Source: a plasmid
Length of the DNA stretch: 64,000 nt
Direction: 5' to 3' (one strand)
Sequence record: NZ_CP090789.1
The notes beneath the pieces are model-generated. The model searched no databases. It was not told the origin of the DNA and worked only from the letters and a program-made list of their open reading frames with translations. The translations under genes were made by a program, and so were the position numbers. Position 1 is the stretch's first letter, and every line of letters begins with the position of its first letter. Shown piece by piece: positions 17,779 through 27,382 of the stretch.

Positions 17779-19770
17779 TTACTGACCGTCCGGTGCGTCT
17801 GCTGCTTCCGCCTCACGCGTCGGGTGTTCGATCGGGAAAGTCGATTCCCGATTCGTCAGCACATCTGGAAGCCATCCCGATTCAACCAGTTGCATTTCGG
17901 CCGCTGCGGCGGCATCTCCCTTCTTCATCGAACCCAGCGGCATTGCGGCCGTCGCCGAAACCGCCTGTGCCATTACATCGACGATGCGCTGTTTCGACAC
18001 GTGGTTGAGGTAACTCGTCTGCGTCGGCTTCCAGTAGCGCACCATGTCCACGTCGAGCACGTCGGCCAGCGTGTTGACGGCGTGCGGCTTGTTCTCCCGC
18101 GCGATTCCGTTGACCATCGCCGCAACGCAGAAGGCAAACAGGCCCGACAGAGTGTCGTCTGTCGCTTCCAGCAGCCACGGCAGCAAGTGGCGCAGTTCGT
18201 TCGGCATCGTTGCCGCCCATTTCGTGCGCTCGGCGTCGATGATCCGCCATGCCGTACTGTCGGTCATGTCATCCGCAACGCTGGAGAGTTGGTCCAGACT
18301 CGGCCGGAAAGTCGCTTCGAGCGCGTGGTATTCGCGCCAATGATCGTCAAACTGTTCCTCGAACACGTCAGGAATCATCGTGTACAAGAGGTAGGCCATC
18401 GCCACGTCCGGGCGCTTCGCAAGCTCCGCCTGCACAGCAGCAGTGCGATGAGCAGTCAGCCGAACGCAGAGAGTTTCGCTGTGGACGGGGCGGGCTTTCG
18501 TCGTCCGCTCGGCCTGCTCGCCGTGCTGACCACCGGAAACAGCGGCGGCGACTTCCTGCGGTTTGACAACGCCGCGCCTGACTTCAAGTTCGCCATTTGC
18601 GTCGATCCAGACTTGCGCGCCAGCACCGGCTTTTTGCTCGTCGGTCCATACCTCACAACGTTCTTCGAACGCGTCCAGCGCTGCCTGAGCGTCGCGCACG
18701 GCTTGATGGAGCACGTCGCCGTCGGCGTCCGAATCTTCCGTATCGTAGTGCGCGTCGAGCGCAGCATCCGCACTCTGGCACGCCTGTTCCAGCTTGCGAT
18801 GTTCCGCTTTCTCCTTCTTCGTCAGTTCGCGGCGCTCCGGGTCCAACTGGCGCACACGCATCGCCATGAGCGCCTCTCGTCGTACTGCCGCGTCCACCCA
18901 CGCCCAACCCTCGGCGCGCACTTCCTCGGCGGCGGCCGTCAGCTTTTCCACGGCAAGGCGGTTTAGCAATTCGAGGTCGGCCACAAATCCGCCGTTTCCG
19001 TCGCCGCTGAACAGGTCGCGTCGCACATATCCGCCCGCGTCCTCGTAGGCGTCGAGGCCGATGAATCGCGCGAGGGAATTCGTGGCCGCATTCACTTCGG
19101 CTTTGGTGATGACCGCCCGAATCTCGCGGGGGCTGCGCTGCCACTCCTGAATCGATTCGAACCAAATCCGCTCTTGTTGTTCGGTGTCGTCGGACAGTGC
19201 GAGCGCGCACGCCTGCTCGTAATCCATCCCGTCATCACGAAACACTTCTAGCAGCTTCGGCGAAATGTTCGCCAGCTTCAATGCGCGACGGACAACCGTT
19301 TCTGACACGGAAAACCGAGCGGCAATGTCGGGAATTGATCGGCCCTCCGCAATGAGTTCGCGGAACGCGACGCACTGGTCGGCGATGTGCATCCCTTCGC
19401 GCTGGACGTTCTCCGCAAGCGAGATCGCCAGCGCTTCGCCGGCGGAGACGATCAGCACGGGCACGAGATCCGTATCCGACCAGCGGCCTCGGGATTTCAG
19501 GAGGTCCAGTCCGCCCAAGCGGCCTTGGCCGGCGCAGATTCCGAACGGACGAAGGCCGTTCCTTTGTCCATCTTCATCGATCGGATGCCCTACGAGGTTT
19601 TGCAGCAAGCCGTTAGCGTCGATGTCGTCAGCAAGCGCGGGGATGTTCTTGGCGGGCTTCTTCCGCACGTTGCGGGGTGACACGCACAGCTGGCCAAATG
19701 GGATGTAGTTGATTTTCCCGAACGTGTACGGGACGGGGTTGGCGAGGATCGTATCTGCTACTTGGTTCAC
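17779..19770 (-). CDS. ParB-like nuclease-domain protein (664 aa)
   Basis: ParB/Srx N-domain (IPALADDIDANGLLQNLVGHPIDEDG), HTH region, long acidic C-terminal extension; start at GTG 19770 preceded by GGAGAAAAACC. Confidence 0.8.
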   Translation of the reverse strand: MNQVADTILANPVPYTFGKINYIPFGQLCVSPRNVRKKPAKNIPALADDIDANGLLQNLVGHPIDEDGQRNGLRPFGICAGQGRLGGLDLLKSRGRWSDTDLVPVLIVSAGEALAISLAENVQREGMHIADQCVAFRELIAEGRSIPDIAARFSVSETVVRRALKLANISPKLLEVFRDDGMDYEQACALALSDDTEQQERIWFESIQEWQRSPREIRAVITKAEVNAATNSLARFIGLDAYEDAGGYVRRDLFSGDGNGGFVADLELLNRLAVEKLTAAAEEVRAEGWAWVDAAVRREALMAMRVRQLDPERRELTKKEKAEHRKLEQACQSADAALDAHYDTEDSDADGDVLHQAVRDAQAALDAFEERCEVWTDEQKAGAGAQVWIDANGELEVRRGVVKPQEVAAAVSGGQHGEQAERTTKARPVHSETLCVRLTAHRTAAVQAELAKRPDVAMAYLLYTMIPDVFEEQFDDHWREYHALEATFRPSLDQLSSVADDMTDSTAWRIIDAERTKWAATMPNELRHLLPWLLEATDDTLSGLFAFCVAAMVNGIARENKPHAVNTLADVLDVDMVRYWKPTQTSYLNHVSKQRIVDVMAQAVSATAAMPLGSMKKGDAAAAAEMQLVESGWLPDVLTNRESTFPIEHPTREAEAADAPDGQ

Positions 19771-19981
19771 GGTTTTTCTCCGGTTATCGCCTACAGCACA
19801 CCGCCGAGGCATAAAATAATTATAGGACGAAACGTCCTTATAGTGTCGGATTTAAATAAAACCCACAAACCTTTATCGGGTATTCATATTATTTTGCGTA
19901 TAGGGACGAAACGTCCTATAATTACAACCATGCCCTAGCGATTCCGCCGTGGGCGATAACCGGAGAAAAACCGTGAATCAA
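19762..19981. promoter_or_regulatory. divergent promoter/operator region: 30-nt inverted repeat arms (19762-19791 and 19952-19981) flanking two palindromic operators
   Basis: Arms GGCGATAACCGGAGAAAAACCGTGAA(C/T)CAAG carry the RBS and start codon of both divergent genes; operators GGACGAAACGTCC at 19822-19844 and 19900-19920, each overlapping a TATAAT -10. Confidence 0.6.
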
Positions 19982-20392
19982 GTTGAACTGGAAGTGAAGC
20001 GTTACGAGTGGCCCGATCATCAGCGCGCGGCCTTCTTCCCGCATTATCTGAAGCGTCGAGCGGCATGTGCGCAATTGGCCGTCGTGCGCTGGGCCAAAAT
20101 TCTGTTCCCGGCCTATACGACGTCCGGCTGGCACTTTTATGGGCTGGAATCCAAGGGCTTCTATGTCGCTCCGCTGCTGCTGAAGGACGAACAAATCGAA
20201 GTCGGTGGCCACCGCATGAGCGCCGATGCGTTCGGCGTACTGGTTACGCTGGCGGCTCTGGAGGAAATGGGGGAGTCGGAACTGTTCACCGCGTTGCATG
20301 GCTTTGCTTGCCTTCACGATGAGGCACGGGCAATTCTCGGCGGCGGTGAGATCGCCCGCGACGAGATGATTTCGGCAGAAATTCCGTTCTAA
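19973..20392 (+). CDS. ArdB/KlcA-like antirestriction protein candidate (140 aa)
   Basis: Size, and a GWHFYGLESKGFYVAP motif remembered as ArdB/KlcA-like (unverified); position in leading region; GTG start with RBS GGAGAAAAA. Confidence 0.4.
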   Translation: MNQVELEVKRYEWPDHQRAAFFPHYLKRRAACAQLAVVRWAKILFPAYTTSGWHFYGLESKGFYVAPLLLKDEQIEVGGHRMSADAFGVLVTLAALEEMGESELFTALHGFACLHDEARAILGGGEIARDEMISAEIPF

Positions 20393-20433
20393 CGACATGA
20401 GGCAACCCGGCGGAAACGCCGGGCTAAGGCACA

Positions 20434-20637
20434 ATGATCTATTCGATTAGCGAAGTAGAGGCCGCGATCAACATCTGGCGGAACCGGCTCGAATCTGGCG
20501 ACGATGCGGCGCTGTGCGCCCCGGCGCGTGCGCTGGCCGAGCCGTACGGGCTGATGGTGTATGAAGGTCGCGAAACGATCAGCGATCATGAGATGACGGC
20601 GAAGGCTCGCGAAGCAATGGCTGTGCTCGTTGCCTGA
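20434..20637 (+). CDS. small conserved hypothetical protein (DUF3717-like)
   Basis: 67-aa ORF with good codon bias; family call is from memory only. Confidence 0.4.
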   Translation: MIYSISEVEAAINIWRNRLESGDDAALCAPARALAEPYGLMVYEGRETISDHEMTAKAREAMAVLVA

Positions 20638-20955
20638 CGCCGCCTGCGCGACGAGTGCAGCGCGGATACCCGCGATAGACCCTGTGCTTGCCGCGGGCGA
20701 GGGGAGACCCTCCCTCCTGCAAGCCGGGGTTTTGTTGCTCGACCAGGTGTCGCGCGCGCCGCGCGCCCGGATCGAGGCGCACGGGTGCCCCGCGCCCGCG
20801 TAGGCGGGCGCAAGGGAGAGCGCCGGCCCGCCGCAACGCGGCGGGACGATCCGGCTCAGCCTTCGATTATCGGCATGGGGTAGTCAAGCGGCCGTGAGGC
20901 CGCGTGTTTCCTCCGCGGCGAAGCCGTGGGGGCTGGATATGGGATGGACTGAAAA

Positions 20956-21231
20956 ATGACGCAAGATCTACGGGCCACTGTGCGGCCCGAATGTTTGCAA
21001 CCGGCGCGACTGTGGATGGAACCGACGGCGGGTGAAATCCGCCTGGTGCTCGATCGCTGCGGATTCACGCGACGAAACGCAAGCATTTTCCTCGGCATCG
21101 AAGAGACCGGCCGAAGCGTGGGCCGCTGGCTCAGCGGGGAGCACTCGATTCCCTATTCGGCCTGGGCGCTGCTTTGCGCCCGGGCCGGTCTCGGAAACAT
21201 ATGGGAAGAGGGCGGCACCGACGCGTCGTAG
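20956..21231 (+). CDS. small HTH (XRE-like) regulator
   Basis: Predicted helix-turn-helix FTRRNASIFLGIEETGRSVGRWLSG. Confidence 0.4.
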   Translation: MTQDLRATVRPECLQPARLWMEPTAGEIRLVLDRCGFTRRNASIFLGIEETGRSVGRWLSGEHSIPYSAWALLCARAGLGNIWEEGGTDAS

Positions 21232-21366
21232 CGTCGGCTCCGCCCGCGGCTTCTATACCTTCATGTTCGCGTGAGAGGGTTTGTTTTCGATCGCGCCGGC
21301 GCCGATCAGGTCACCGGCCTGGTCGGCGCCGGCGCGATCGAATTACGAGGACGGTGATGCCGGCCT

Positions 21367-21543
21367 TCAAACGCGGCCGCGGAACATTTGGCCGGCGCGG
21401 AAGGCTGCACGCATCGCGTGTTCGATATCGGAAATGCGAACCTCCTCCGGCGTGTACTCCGGAATTTCGCGGTCAATGATCGGATGGCCAAAGGTTGATT
21501 CGGCGATTGCGTTCAACACAGCGTCAACAAGGTAGCGTTCCAT
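21367..21543 (-). CDS. small hypothetical protein (58 aa) downstream of the methyltransferase
   Basis: Manually translated MERYLVDAVLNAIAESTFGHPIIDREIPEYTPEEVRISDIEHAMRAAFRAGQMFRGRV; high GC3; below the 60-aa ORF-track cutoff. Confidence 0.3.
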   Translation of the reverse strand: MERYLVDAVLNAIAESTFGHPIIDREIPEYTPEEVRISDIEHAMRAAFRAGQMFRGRV

Positions 21544-21591
21544 GGTATGTCCAGTTCGGTGGCCCGCGGCGCTTGGCGCCGCAGGCAGTTT

Positions 21592-22236
21592 TTAGGCAGC
21601 GATGGCGAGGCGGTCGATCTCTAGCCGGTCGCAAGCAGCGGCGTAGTAGGTCGGATCGAGCTCGATGCCGATGTAGTAGCGGCCGAGCTCGCGCGCGGCA
21701 ACGCATGTCGAGCCCGACCCAGCGAACGGATCAAGGACGACGTCGCCAGGGGCCGTGTACGTCTCGATGAGTCGCTTGAGGCACGGAACCGGCTTCTGCG
21801 TGGGATGGTGCCGATTGCCGGAATATTCCCAGCGCATCACGTCAGGCAGCGGCGTAGCCGGCACAGCCGGCTGGCCCTTCGCGAGCACGTACGCGGATTC
21901 GTGGCGGTACGCGACAAAGCGCGATTTCGACGCATAGGACTTCGCGAAAACGATGTGGCCGACGACGCGCAGGCCCGCGCGCTTCCACGCGTCGAAAAAG
22001 CGGTCCGTTTTCGTCCAGCCGTAGAAGCTCACGCAAAGCGTGTTCGGCTTCATGACGCGGTACACCTCCGCGAATGCCGGCGCCAGCCAGTCCGATTTCA
22101 CATCGTTTGCGATCGAGCGCCCGGAGCGATCGTGATAGTTGACGAGATAGGGCGGGTCAGTCAGGACGAAGTCGACCACGCCGTCCGGAATGGACGGCAA
22201 CACTTCCAGGCAGTCGCCGTTATAGAGAAAGCTCAT
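21592..22236 (-). CDS. orphan DNA methyltransferase (N4-C/N6-A family, DPPY motif)
   Basis: VLTDPPYLVNY catalytic motif and FAGSGSTCVAA SAM-binding motif (PF01555-type); no adjacent restriction endonuclease. Confidence 0.85.
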   Translation of the reverse strand: MSFLYNGDCLEVLPSIPDGVVDFVLTDPPYLVNYHDRSGRSIANDVKSDWLAPAFAEVYRVMKPNTLCVSFYGWTKTDRFFDAWKRAGLRVVGHIVFAKSYASKSRFVAYRHESAYVLAKGQPAVPATPLPDVMRWEYSGNRHHPTQKPVPCLKRLIETYTAPGDVVLDPFAGSGSTCVAARELGRYYIGIELDPTYYAAACDRLEIDRLAIAA

Positions 22237-22707
22237 GTATGCGCTCCACAGTTGGGGGGCGGATAGCGCGTTTCCGTGTGCGGCTCCGAAATGTCGCTAC
22301 CCGGCGCTTGCGAGCGCCGCGCAGGGGTTGCCGGTCAAGGGACCGTGGAATAACGGGGAGGCAGTCCGTAGGAGGGCACCGTTTATGCCGCGAAAGCCCT
22401 TGAAAGAGTGGGCGCGCGCCGGAGCGTGCGGGCCCGTTCTGGCCGGCGAAACCAGCGCGGCGATCGTTTGCGACGGGTAGCGACATCCATTTAGAACCCC
22501 GGGCGCTTTATCTCCTTTCGGGCGTGGTTAGAGCCACTAGCCGAGGCCTGGAGGGGGAGGTTCGGCGTGCGGTTACTCATGAGGGCGGGCCTCGGTTTAT
22601 GGGCCGCCCGATCTGGAGTGCGCCGCGCGCCCGGAAGGGGATAGGCTGCGGGCTGTGACCATCGTCGATGCTCAGGAACAGGCCCCGGCATGGCCGGGGC
22701 TTCGAAA

Positions 22708-24682
22708 TTACGCCGTCAGGATCATCAGCGCGGTATTGACGGAGCTTGCAGACTCGGCGAACGTATCGGCCGGCAGGTCCACCCACTCTCCACCGTGGGC
22801 CGCCACGAGACGCTGAAGCGCTTCACGCCGGCGCGGACCATTCGCGCAGACCGCCACGAGTCGGCCACCTGGCTTGAGCATCTCGAGCGCATGCCGAATA
22901 TGCCGAATGTCATCGCCGTGCGAGAACGGTGGGTTCATGACGATCCGGTCGAATGGTGTCGGCGCCACGTACGTGAGGAAATCCGTGTTGATCACGTCGG
23001 CGCCGGCCTCGCTGACGCGCAGGTGATCGCACAGGCGGGCGCTGATCTCGACGGCGGTCCGCACCGCAGCGCCACCCGTCGCCTCGCGGATCGCGCGCAG
23101 GATCCGGCCGGTGCCGGCACTCGGTTCGAGAACGGTATGTCCCGGCTCGATCGCGGCCAGCTCGACCATGCGCGCAGCGAGTGATACGGGCGTGGGGAAC
23201 AGCTGCGAGGCGCTCACGACCTGCACCCCATGCTTCAGCTGCTCACGCATTGCATTGAACTGCGCGCCGTCGTCGCCGGCGGCCGCGTGCTCAGTCGTCG
23301 AGCCGTTCGTCGGAACGGTGGTCACATCGCTCGGGCGCTCGACGGATGCGGCTGCCGTGAGATCCGGCGCGGCGAGCTCATCCGTGTTTCCAGCCGGCGA
23401 GATTGCCGGCGGGTTGACGCGTTTAACGTCGGTCAGGTAGACCGCCACCAATGCACCGCGGTGGACCACCGAACGCACGCGGTGCCGGCCGACCGCGCTA
23501 GCGACGTCCGCTGCGCCCTTGATGTCCGGCCGATACCTGCCCGGTCGAACGGCGCCGGCGCCGAGCTCGCGCGAACCCTTGTAGTCGCGATGCGTGGCGT
23601 CCCATTCGGCCTTGGTCATTGCGTGAAAGCCGGTACCGGGGTAGTTGCAAAGGGGCGGCAGCTTGCTTGCTGCCTTCACCGTGGCCGCCACTTCGGCGGA
23701 CGGAGCGCGGTAGTCCTTGATTTCTTCGATGCCCCGTACCGGCACGAATCGCGCGTTGGTGGTCACGCTGCAGATTGCGCCGGCGGAGCGATTCACGCGC
23801 GTCACCACAAGCCACTCGCCGCGTACGAGTACCTGGCCCCCGGGCACGATGTCGAAACCATCGGCCTTGATGCCGCCTTGTTCCGCGAGCATCGCGCGCT
23901 CGTAGTTCAGTCGGCAATCGTAATGCGCAATCCAGCGTTCCCAATGTGCGCGATTACGTCCTTCACGCTCGAGGTACTGGTCACAGGTCGCGCGGAAGTT
24001 ATCGGGGTCCGCGTTGATTGCGCTCCAAAGGCCGTGCAGACTCGACGCCGAAGCCACCATGAGGGCACGCTCTGCGGTCAGCGTCGGCGATCGCAGCGCA
24101 TCAGCTGCAGCCTTCAGGAGATCGAGGCTACGCGTGCACTTGCGGCGGTCGGCCTCGATGCGCTTAATCCGACGATGGCGGACGTCCGCACGCTCCTTGT
24201 ATTTCGCGTGTTGCAGCGCCCCCGCTGCGCGGCGCTCCCAATATTCGTGGGTGTCCCACATCGAGACCGCTTTGCGCATGGCGTTGTCGATGCGCTCCGC
24301 ATCGCGTCGCGCGCGGGCTTCGCTGTGGTGACCGACCAGGATCGGCTGACCGAGTGGGATATGCTCGGTGATCGATGTGACGACGGCATGCGCGGCCTTC
24401 GCGTCCGCCGCGCGCCGTTCGCTATAACCATCGAATCGGTCGGCACGCTCTTCCGCGCGTTCGACGAGCGACGTGTCCTCGTCGTCGATTTCGCCGCACA
24501 GCTCGATGAGAAGATCTTCGCGGGCCGGCGTCCAGCTCGGCGCGACGAACAGATCCTGTTTCGGCGCGAACCGGAACCCGGCATCGTGAACACGTCGATA
24601 CAGGCCTTCCTCGAGGCGCGCGGTGCTGTACAGACGCAGCTTGTTGTCGTCGGGGGAATAGGTTGCCGTCAGGTGTTGCATG
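22708..24682 (-). CDS. DUF3560-domain protein fused to C-terminal N6-adenine DNA methyltransferase
   Basis: N-terminus ATYSPDDNKLRLYSTARL...FAPKQDLFVAPSWTPAREDLL typical of DUF3560; C-terminus VLEPSAGTGRIL...NPPF methyltransferase motifs; RBS GGAG before ATG 24682. Confidence 0.8.
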
Positions 24683-24702
24683 TGTGCTCCAGGTTGGTTT
24701 TT

Positions 24703-25190
24703 GCTGACCGGGACCCAAGATTCTGAGTCCCCGCGTATTGGGTTCTGTCGAGTCGGCGTGCTGCGCTTCGCAGCTGCCGCCGGTCCCCTTAGTTCGTCGT
24801 CCCGCGAACGGACGAGCGCCGGCCGGCGCCGGGTCAAGGGATCACGCGCGGGGTGGGGCGGGAGGGAGCGCAGCGCACGACACGGCCTCGCGCGCCTTGA
24901 CGCGGCAAAGGCCGGCGCTACGGTCGCGGAACTAGGACGACGAGCTCAGGGGACGGGAAGGTCGGTAGCGGCCGCATGCCGATGAGGCAGAACGCCGCGC
25001 GCGGCGAGCGCGCTATCTGAGGCGCGAAGCGGCTCAGGTGGACATGGGGTGGCCAGCGCCGGGGCGTGCTGCGGGACGCAGCTCGGCCCCTAGAGCGTGG
25101 TGGGGTATCCGGGCCGCGGAGAAAGCGGCTCGCGTGGCAAAGCGATCACGTCGGTTTGGTGCGCGAGCCGGCGCGGCTCGGCTCGATCCG
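24703..25190. repeat. about 488-bp direct repeat copy 1 (5' leader of the DUF3560-MTase gene)
   Basis: About 95% identical to 27985-28473; ends about 20 nt before the start codon of the minus-strand gene. Confidence 0.85.
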
Positions 25191-25208
25191 GTTGCTCCGG
25201 GCCATGAG

Positions 25209-25232
25209 AAAAGGGGCTTTCGCCCCTTCCCT
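25209..25232 (-). terminator. rho-independent terminator (GGGGCGAAAGCCCCTTTTCT on the minus strand)
   Basis: 7-bp GC stem, 4-nt loop, T-run on the minus strand; immediately after the 36-aa ORF. Confidence 0.6.
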
Positions 25233-25342
25233 TACCGCAGCACCACGCACATGCGCCGTGGTGTCCACCAGACCAGAAGCGCGTATTCATTGCTGAAAAA
25301 CTCCGCGTTGTCGTGGTCGATGTAGATCACTGGATCGATCAT
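25232..25342 (-). CDS. small 36-aa ORF with strong RBS (candidate leader or small peptide)
   Basis: AAAGGAGATGACC-ATG; MIDPVIYIDHDNAEFFSNEYALLVWWTPRRMCVVLR; preceded by hairpin 25362-25383 and followed by terminator. Confidence 0.3.
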   Translation of the reverse strand: MIDPVIYIDHDNAEFFSNEYALLVWWTPRRMCVVLR

Positions 25343-25552
25343 GGTCATCTCCTTTAAATGTGGGACCGCGAACATGCGGTCCCATCTTTATTTATGCGTG
25401 CACGCCGAATCGGCGCAAAAAATCCGGGCCGCCGACAACTACCCGAACTCGACCGGCCGCGCCGGTGCTGCGCAAGCCATGCCTCGGCAGTTCTTGCCGC
25501 CGCTAAGGCGACCGGTCTGTCTGCCCACCGGGGCACGTGTCCTCTGCCTCCA

Positions 25553-27382
25553 TCACGAGTCGAAGGCAAACTCGAAGGTGGTTTGCGCCCCAGCCGTCGT
25601 AGCCTTGTGCGCCCAGGCATGCCGCGCGTTGTCCGGCAGGTCACCAAAGCGCACCCCTTGCTGGACCAGCTGCTCGGCGTTGTGCCCGAGATTTAGGCCG
25701 AGCCGGTCCTTGAAGTCGGTGCGTCGCGCCACCTCATCGTGCTTGAGCTGCTGCTTGTGGGAAAGCGTCAGCGCGCCGTAGCTCAGATACCACCGATAGC
25801 CGGCCGTGATTCCGCCGGGATGAAAACCGCGATCGTGCATGTCGGCCAGTCGATCGGCCTCGAATTCCAGGATCATCTCGGCCGACTCGACATCGACGTC
25901 GAATCGCGTGCCCGTCCGAACCTCCCATGTGCTCTTGCCGTCACCGAGATCCATGACTGTCGGCGCGCAGGGCGAGCGCTCGGTCAATGCTTCGAACAGC
26001 GGGTCACGAAAGCCCGTCCACTGATCCGCTGTTTCGTCCCATTCAGTGCCGACCTTCAGGAAAAGTGGTTCCGGCAACGGTGCCGGCGCGACCGGCGTGA
26101 TTTCCGGAACGGAATAGCTCATGCCACGCTCGCAGATGTCGCGGTAGTCTGCCCAGATCGCGAAGGGCGCCGCGAGTCCCTGCAGGGACTGCATCGCGTC
26201 GACGGCGATCATCATCGGTAACGGTAACGTCTGGAATTTCGGGCGCGTCCCGGCGCGCCGCGCGCGGATCCTCTCCTCTCGATCGATTGTCAGCATGTAC
26301 CGGACGAGCTCGCGGACGGTCGCGGCGCCGAACGTATCGGGCTCGAGGCAGATGTACCCTTCTCGGATCGTGCGACCGACCCAGTTGCGGCGCGACCAGT
26401 CGTAGCGGATTGCGCGGATGAATCGATTCAGCTGCTGCAGACCGCGCGCATAGGCGTAACGATCTCCGTCGAATCGGATCATCTCGGCAAGCGACCGATC
26501 ATCGGCTTGCTGGCAGGTCCAGCAGCCGGTGCGTGCATCGCAATGTCCGCGGCGCACGCGCTTGCCGGCGGACGCCTCCTCGAAGGTGAGATCCGACACG
26601 ATCGCGCAGCTGCTGTTACCGGCATGCGCGTAGATCCGCTTCGTCTCATCGAAATCCGTGTAGCTGTCGCGCAGACCGGACGATACTTCGCCAATGAACT
26701 CCCAGACGTCTTCGGTCGACCAGCCCGCAATCGGGCAGAGCGTGAGCTCCCCGTCACTGTTGCGGACCGGCGTATCCGCGCGATCGCCGCGCGCGGTCAT
26801 CTTCGCTTTGCGCCGCTCGCTCTCTTCGAACCGTGTGCCGAGCAATACGACCGGCTCGGCATAACCGGCCTTCCGTGCCTCGCGGTACAGCTGGTTGCGG
26901 CCGACGCGGCTCGGCTCGATTTTCAACGAAACCGAGCAGTCGGAGTTCGTGCCAGCGTAGCTTGGCAGGGCGCGGCCGGTCAGCACAGCCAGCTGCCAAG
27001 ACGTCGCAAGCGACGGCGCCACAACCTGCACGCGGACGTCGAAGCCGTGCTCGCGACCGAACGCCCCCATCTTCTCGAGCTCACGCAGTGCATGCTCGAC
27101 CATTTCAGGCGACTCCACCAGGGTGTCAGCCGTGATCACGCAGACGAGCGGCCGGCCGCCGGCGGCCGCGTGCAGGCGGGCGGCATCAAGCGCGAGACTG
27201 GTCACGACTCCGCTATCCTTGCCCGCGCTGAATTGGCAAATCACCATTCGGTTGTCGGTGAAAAGCGCCCCCAGCGCTTCGATCGCGCGCGCAACGCGCT
27301 GGTCGAGAGAGGGGCGCATTTCGGCCTGCAGGAACATTTCGACCGTTTCCATCGAATTCAGCCGAAATACCAGACGTTGCAC
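25553..27382 (-). CDS. PP-loop PAPS-reductase-family protein (DndC/IbrA/BrxP-like) with Cys cluster
   Basis: ICQFSAGKDSGVV PP-loop ATP-pyrophosphatase motif; CDARTGCWTCQ Cys cluster; 609 aa; alternative start ATG 27352. Confidence 0.75.
   Translation of the reverse strand: MQRLVFRLNSMETVEMFLQAEMRPSLDQRVARAIEALGALFTDNRMVICQFSAGKDSGVVTSLALDAARLHAAAGGRPLVCVITADTLVESPEMVEHALRELEKMGAFGREHGFDVRVQVVAPSLATSWQLAVLTGRALPSYAGTNSDCSVSLKIEPSRVGRNQLYREARKAGYAEPVVLLGTRFEESERRKAKMTARGDRADTPVRNSDGELTLCPIAGWSTEDVWEFIGEVSSGLRDSYTDFDETKRIYAHAGNSSCAIVSDLTFEEASAGKRVRRGHCDARTGCWTCQQADDRSLAEMIRFDGDRYAYARGLQQLNRFIRAIRYDWSRRNWVGRTIREGYICLEPDTFGAATVRELVRYMLTIDREERIRARRAGTRPKFQTLPLPMMIAVDAMQSLQGLAAPFAIWADYRDICERGMSYSVPEITPVAPAPLPEPLFLKVGTEWDETADQWTGFRDPLFEALTERSPCAPTVMDLGDGKSTWEVRTGTRFDVDVESAEMILEFEADRLADMHDRGFHPGGITAGYRWYLSYGALTLSHKQQLKHDEVARRTDFKDRLGLNLGHNAEQLVQQGVRFGDLPDNARHAWAHKATTAGAQTTFEFAFDS

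Noticed and set aside
19949-19972. Upstream GTG start (19949) for the ArdB-like gene giving MGDNRRKT...
   Set aside because: The internal GTG 19973 has properly spaced GGAG and is mirrored exactly by the start of the divergent gene. The upstream codons are part of the inverted-repeat arm.
22235-22691. ORFs 22235..22480(+), 22220..22486(-) and 22491..22691(-) in the 460-bp gap between the two methyltransferase genes
   Set aside because: Low-complexity composition with no RBS. More likely a promoter or UTR region, and no structural RNA could be recognised by eye.
24680-25325. ORFs inside repeat copy 1 (24680..24985, 24738..24935, 25038..25325) and their counterparts in copy 2 (28041..28268, 28321..28518)
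   Set aside because: They are Arg/Ala/Gly-rich and low-complexity, as expected from GC-rich non-coding DNA. The two copies diverge in ways that truncate or alter the frames. There is no RBS. They are treated as non-coding repeats.
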